A stretch of DNA of 64,000 nt from Smithellaceae bacterium (GTDB lineage Bacteria > Desulfobacterota > Syntrophia > Syntrophales > Smithellaceae): NCBI GenBank assembly GCA_963667845.2, contig CAXXVL010000002.1, positions 2,592,001 through 2,656,000 on the forward strand. Direction: 5' to 3'. The first letter of the stretch is position 1, and each line of letters opens with the position of its first letter. Both the position numbers and the translations under genes were made by a program. The notes under the pieces were generated by a model that worked only from the letters and a program-made list of their open reading frames with translations, did no database searches and was not told the origin of the DNA. Below, piece by piece: positions 59,983 to 64,000 of the stretch.

Positions 59983-60576
59983 GTGCGGACTTCTAGAAAG
60001 ATCATATTGATCCTGGCGATAATTTTAGCCGTCCTTACGGTCGGACTGTTTCATGCCCCGGGATTCTTGGCGTACTCAACAAATTACGTTAAAGTAGATA
60101 CCGTCATTGTTCTGCTGGGACCGGTTTTTAGAGATCGCGACAGATATGCCAGGGATTTGGTTAATAAAGGAATGGCCGACTATCTTATTATCCCGGCCTA
60201 CGAGAAAACGTATCATGTTGAATATGGCATGATGAGACTTATGCAGAGCGGTCAAAAGGGTAACATTGAAAGAAAGAATTCGAGTTTGCCGCAGTACTAT
60301 GAAGACACCCATCTGGAACTTATTAAAGCGAAAAAGACCATGGAAATGCTCGGGCAGAAGTCAGCTATTTTTGTTAGCTCACCCTACCATATGCGACGCA
60401 TTAAACTTATAGTCGATAATGAATTTGATCATCATTACAAATATTATTTCTCACCGACTCCCTATGATCCGGCGCCGCTTCATGTCTGGGAATTGAATGC
60501 ATCCGACTGGAAAAAAATATGGAGAGAATACACCAAGATTGCCTGGTTTATGATCTATTCCCCATGGACAAAATAG
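59983..60576 (+). CDS. YdcF/DUF218 family protein
   Basis: N-terminal TM helix, IVLLG, VSSPYHMRR, REYTK. Confidence 0.75.
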   Translation: MRTSRKIILILAIILAVLTVGLFHAPGFLAYSTNYVKVDTVIVLLGPVFRDRDRYARDLVNKGMADYLIIPAYEKTYHVEYGMMRLMQSGQKGNIERKNSSLPQYYEDTHLELIKAKKTMEMLGQKSAIFVSSPYHMRRIKLIVDNEFDHHYKYYFSPTPYDPAPLHVWELNASDWKKIWREYTKIAWFMIYSPWTK

Positions 60577-60967
60577 GTTTCTTATTATTTTTCACGCAAC
60601 AAATTTTGATCCTCCATGTGATATGGCTTGGGAGAGAATTTTAAATTTCTCATGCACTGGCGTTTGTTTAGCTGATACGAATGTCAGAAATGAAGATATC
60701 CGATCAACCAGCAGAGGAAGAATCAACACAATCCTGGCAGGATTCTTTAGAAAAAATGATTGACCAGTCTTTTAAGACCGGCATTGATGATTAACAAAAT
60801 GAGTCCGCATAATCAGCGATATAACCATCTGCTGCAGCAGGCCGGCTCTTCCAAAAGCATTTAATGATTTTATGTCTTCTCAGTGGTATACTCTGCACTC
60901 CCAATAAATGAACTTAGCTGATCAATTCGATTTAATCATATTCCATCAATGACAGGGAGGAATCGCC

Positions 60968-62521
60968 ATGAGTAATTTCTTCAACGATTTGAAACTGAGT
61001 AAAAAAATTCTTCTGACGCCCGTTGTTGTGCTTATCTTTCTCTTTATTCTGGGTGCCGGGACGCTTTACAGTCTCCTGATGCAGCAGGCGGCGTTGGATG
61101 ATATTTTTAATAACAGGTTTAAAGCGTATCAAAACAGTGCAAAATTGCTGAACGATTTATCTACGGTTCAGGGAAGCATTGCCCGGGTGATAAACTGGGT
61201 TGCGGTAGGTCACGATGCGACCGACGTACAACGGCTTATCAATAGACAAATGGTAACGATGGAGGAAGATAATCAACTGATCCGTAAGATGCTGAAGAAT
61301 GAAGATCTGGGAGCGGCCGAAAAAAAGCTCTACCAGGAAGCCATGACAAAACTGCTTGAGTATCAGAAAGCGGCAGCGAAAGTCCTTGAGCTTGCTCCGA
61401 GCGGCGCCGGCGGCGTTTATGCGGCTGTTGCGGATCAGCAATATGATGCGCTGAACAAGATTGTATCGGATCTCCATGCCTTGGAAAATAAATTGAGCAA
61501 TCAAAACTATGCTCAGTCGATTACGAATTTCAATATGACGGTCACGCTGTTCCTCCTCGTCTTTATCGCGGCCGTGATTCTCACGGTTGCCGTAAGCATG
61601 TATGTGACCCGTAAGATCCTGAAGCCGATTCAGGAGACCATCGGCGTGATGCGGAAATTGGCCGACGGCGATCTTACTGAGAACATCAACATGGAGTCGC
61701 GCGATGAAATAGGCGATCTGGTCGCGTCGGTGAATACCATGCGGACGAAGATGGGCAGTGCCGTGGGACGCGCGATGGAGATTGCAGCGACGCTGTCGAG
61801 CGCTTCATCCGAGGAAGTAGCCGCCATTGAAGAAACGTCGGCGTCGCTGGATGAAATTGCGTCCATGACGAGGCAGAATGCGGACAACACGAAGGAAGCC
61901 AATAAGCTTATGGCGTCGGCCAAAGAGGCGATCAAGAAAGCCGGTGATTCGATGACGGAGCTCACGAAATCGATGAAAGACATTACGAAAGCCAGTCAGC
62001 AGACGCAGAAAGTTGTCAAGAGCATTGACGAGATTGCTTTTCAGACGAATCTGCTGGCATTGAATGCTTCTGTGGAAGCAGCACGGGCAGGTGAGGCCGG
62101 TGCCGGATTTGCCGTCGTGGCCGATGAGGTCAGAAACCTGGCTTTGCGGGCAACGGAGTCCGCCCGGGGATCGTCGGACTTTATCGAGGATATTGTCGGT
62201 AAAGTTAAAAGAGGCGAAGAACTTGTCAACATGACGAATGCGGTCTTCAATGACATGGCCGATAGTTCGGACAAAGTTGTTTCGCTGATGGGTGAAATCT
62301 CCGCGGCCTCGCAGGAACAGTCTCAAGGGATTGCCCAGGTCAACAGTGCGATTGCCGAGATCAACACGTCAACGCAGCAGAATGCCGGGAATGCCGAAAG
62401 CTTGTCTTCCGTGATGTCCATTTTTAAGGTGAATATTGAGAACGATGAGGGATCGCCATCCCGGACGCCTGTGCGCCCGTCCGGTTCCTCTCGCGACAGG
62501 CGCGTCCTCATCGGCAGATAA
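60968..62521 (+). CDS. Methyl-accepting chemotaxis protein
   Basis: Two TMs, [30 protein letters not shown]. Confidence 0.95.
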   Translation: MSNFFNDLKLSKKILLTPVVVLIFLFILGAGTLYSLLMQQAALDDIFNNRFKAYQNSAKLLNDLSTVQGSIARVINWVAVGHDATDVQRLINRQMVTMEEDNQLIRKMLKNEDLGAAEKKLYQEAMTKLLEYQKAAAKVLELAPSGAGGVYAAVADQQYDALNKIVSDLHALENKLSNQNYAQSITNFNMTVTLFLLVFIAAVILTVAVSMYVTRKILKPIQETIGVMRKLADGDLTENINMESRDEIGDLVASVNTMRTKMGSAVGRAMEIAATLSSASSEEVAAIEETSASLDEIASMTRQNADNTKEANKLMASAKEAIKKAGDSMTELTKSMKDITKASQQTQKVVKSIDEIAFQTNLLALNASVEAARAGEAGAGFAVVADEVRNLALRATESARGSSDFIEDIVGKVKRGEELVNMTNAVFNDMADSSDKVVSLMGEISAASQEQSQGIAQVNSAIAEINTSTQQNAGNAESLSSVMSIFKVNIENDEGSPSRTPVRPSGSSRDRRVLIGR

Positions 62522-62563
62522 GTAGAGAAGGTTTGACGGCCCGCAGATTTGCAGAACGCTTTT

Positions 62564-63472
62564 TTAATCTTCCGGTTTCAGGTACGGCAGCGCCAGTTGA
62601 ACTTTTTTGAGGGCCTGCTTTTCAATCTGACGGGCGCGTTCGCGGGTGATATTGTATTTGTCGCCGATCTCCTGGAGGGTGAGCGGATCGTCCGCCATGA
62701 CGCGATGCTGGATGATATAGCTTTCCCTCTCATTGAGCTTGGCGAGAGCCCCGGCGATATCGCGCTTGACAAGGCCTCTTTCTTCATTCTTGATCAATAA
62801 CGTTTCCTGATCGTCGCCGTCATGGGTTAGAAAATCGAGATGAGATGTTTCGCCGTCATCATTGATAAATTCATTGAGCGATAAGTCCCGCGTGCCCATG
62901 CGCAAGTCCATTTCGGCGACTTCCGAACCCTTGACGCCGAGCGAATCAGCGATTTCACTGAACTCGGGATTCTTTTTCGATATTCGCTCCAACTGTTTCT
63001 TGGCCTGGCTCAATTTGAAAAAAAGTTTCCGTTGCGCCTGGGTTGTGCCGATTTTGACGATGCTCCAGGATTTGATCAGATAATTCTGGATATAGGCGCG
63101 AATCCACCAGACGGCATAAGAGATCAGCCGGTAGCCTTTATAAGGGTCGAATTTTTTAACGGCGTGAATCAGGCCGATATTTCCTTCTTGAATCAAATCA
63201 GCAAGTTTAAAACCATAGTTCCGGTATTCATGCGCGATCTTGACGACAAAGCGCAGGTTGGAGACGATCAATTTCTCGGCGGCTTCCATATCATTATATT
63301 TCTTCAGGCGCACCGCCAGCTTGAATTCTTCTTCAGGCGTTAAAAGCGGGAAGCGGTTGATCTCGGCGATGTAAATGTCCAGAGTGCCTGTGACGACGGG
63401 CAGCTTCAACGTTGGATCCTCCTCAATAAATTTAGCATGGATATTTGTATCGAAGAGTGAATATGCGGTCAA
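62564..63472 (-). CDS. rpoH: RNA polymerase sigma-32 factor
   Basis: DLIQEGNIGL, SYAVWWIRA, RpoH box QRKLFF.L, ITRERARQIE. Confidence 0.9.
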   Translation of the reverse strand: MTAYSLFDTNIHAKFIEEDPTLKLPVVTGTLDIYIAEINRFPLLTPEEEFKLAVRLKKYNDMEAAEKLIVSNLRFVVKIAHEYRNYGFKLADLIQEGNIGLIHAVKKFDPYKGYRLISYAVWWIRAYIQNYLIKSWSIVKIGTTQAQRKLFFKLSQAKKQLERISKKNPEFSEIADSLGVKGSEVAEMDLRMGTRDLSLNEFINDDGETSHLDFLTHDGDDQETLLIKNEERGLVKRDIAGALAKLNERESYIIQHRVMADDPLTLQEIGDKYNITRERARQIEKQALKKVQLALPYLKPED

Positions 63473-63552
63473 GCATTTTGTTGATAATACTGGCTTCTTG
63501 ACACCTAAAGCTCCAATGTTTATTCTATAACAGAGCAGGCTAAGGAGTTGAA

Positions 63553-64000
63553 ATGAAATCAGTTAACAAGACGATGATTGAATCGGCGATCAAACTGACG
63601 AGGGAGGTTAAGGCGTGCAGTGTTCTCGTCTGCGTGGATGTGAAAAGCGAGATCGTGGAACTTCCGGATGACGTCCTGTCCTCCGTCCCATTCATTCTGG
63701 TCACGCAGGAGCATGAAGAATTGCCTGAGAAACTTGTCAGGTATTCGCGGAAGCTGGATGTTCCCAATGTGAATCTGACCCGTGTGGGAAAAATAAAGAT
63801 CGCGATTGCCAAGGGCATCGTGTCGGGCTTGTTCAAAAAAGGGGACAAAATCGTTTGCCTCTCGGGCGTGCCGAAATTCGGTTATGCCGACACCATCGTC
63901 TTCATCGATGTCGGCCGCGAATTTGAAATTCTGACATCCGATTTTATCGGCGACGTTGTGGAGGCCGTCCAGCCGGAGGTTTTCAATGCGGCGCTGAACA
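63553..64000 (+). CDS. Partial CDS, probable DacZ-type diadenylate cyclase N-terminal region (runs off the window)
   Basis: AAGGAG RBS; open frame MKSVNKTMIE...LTRVGKIKIAI...GDKIVCLSG...DVGREFE...VQPEVFNAAL; the catalytic DisA_N domain is not in the window. Confidence 0.6.
   Translation, partial: MKSVNKTMIESAIKLTREVKACSVLVCVDVKSEIVELPDDVLSSVPFILVTQEHEELPEKLVRYSRKLDVPNVNLTRVGKIKIAIAKGIVSGLFKKGDKIVCLSGVPKFGYADTIVFIDVGREFEILTSDFIGDVVEAVQPEVFNAALN

Noticed and set aside
60577..60967. Long AT-rich leader before the MCP as a c-di-GMP riboswitch
   Set aside because: I could not find the class I consensus (GGCAAAC..GAAA..GACGCAAAGC) by eye; an Rfam scan would settle it

Overview
Chromosomal window of an anaerobic bacterium. 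Gene content suggests a Syntrophales-like deltaproteobacterium (inference). In order: a stand-alone MutS-ATPase-domain gene; a MarR-molybdoenzyme-FeS-flavoprotein operon; a two-subunit CoA-transferase and a PfkB kinase; a CDF metal exporter; a TPP riboswitch with thiM-thiE; a czcCBA-type RND efflux operon; a HEAT-repeat gene; a complete aromatic supra-operon (aroF-aroB-pheA-aroDE-aroA-aroK-aroC-tyrA); a sirtuin/NRDE/Nudix/HDAC cluster; DUF362 FeS genes; acyl-CoA metabolism genes; tRNA-Asn; FrhB-like-iorAB; fprA-rubredoxin-rubrerythrin; mutS; a sigma54 two-component locus with a degenerate PilB-like ATPase; an MCP; rpoH; and a partial diadenylate cyclase. The strongest signals missing from the ORF track are (1) a 31-codon leader peptide containing FGFWFYYYY followed by alternative hairpins and a terminator upstream of the aro operon, i.e. 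a candidate attenuator sensing Phe, Trp and Tyr together; (2) a secreted CxxC/KPP upstream ORF whose 3' end base-pairs with the RBS of the metal-efflux operon; (3) an isolated 23-aa hydrophobic ORF with its own promoter and RBS; and (4) several families of nested palindromic, MITE-like intergenic repeats. No CRISPR array, prophage or transposase was seen.
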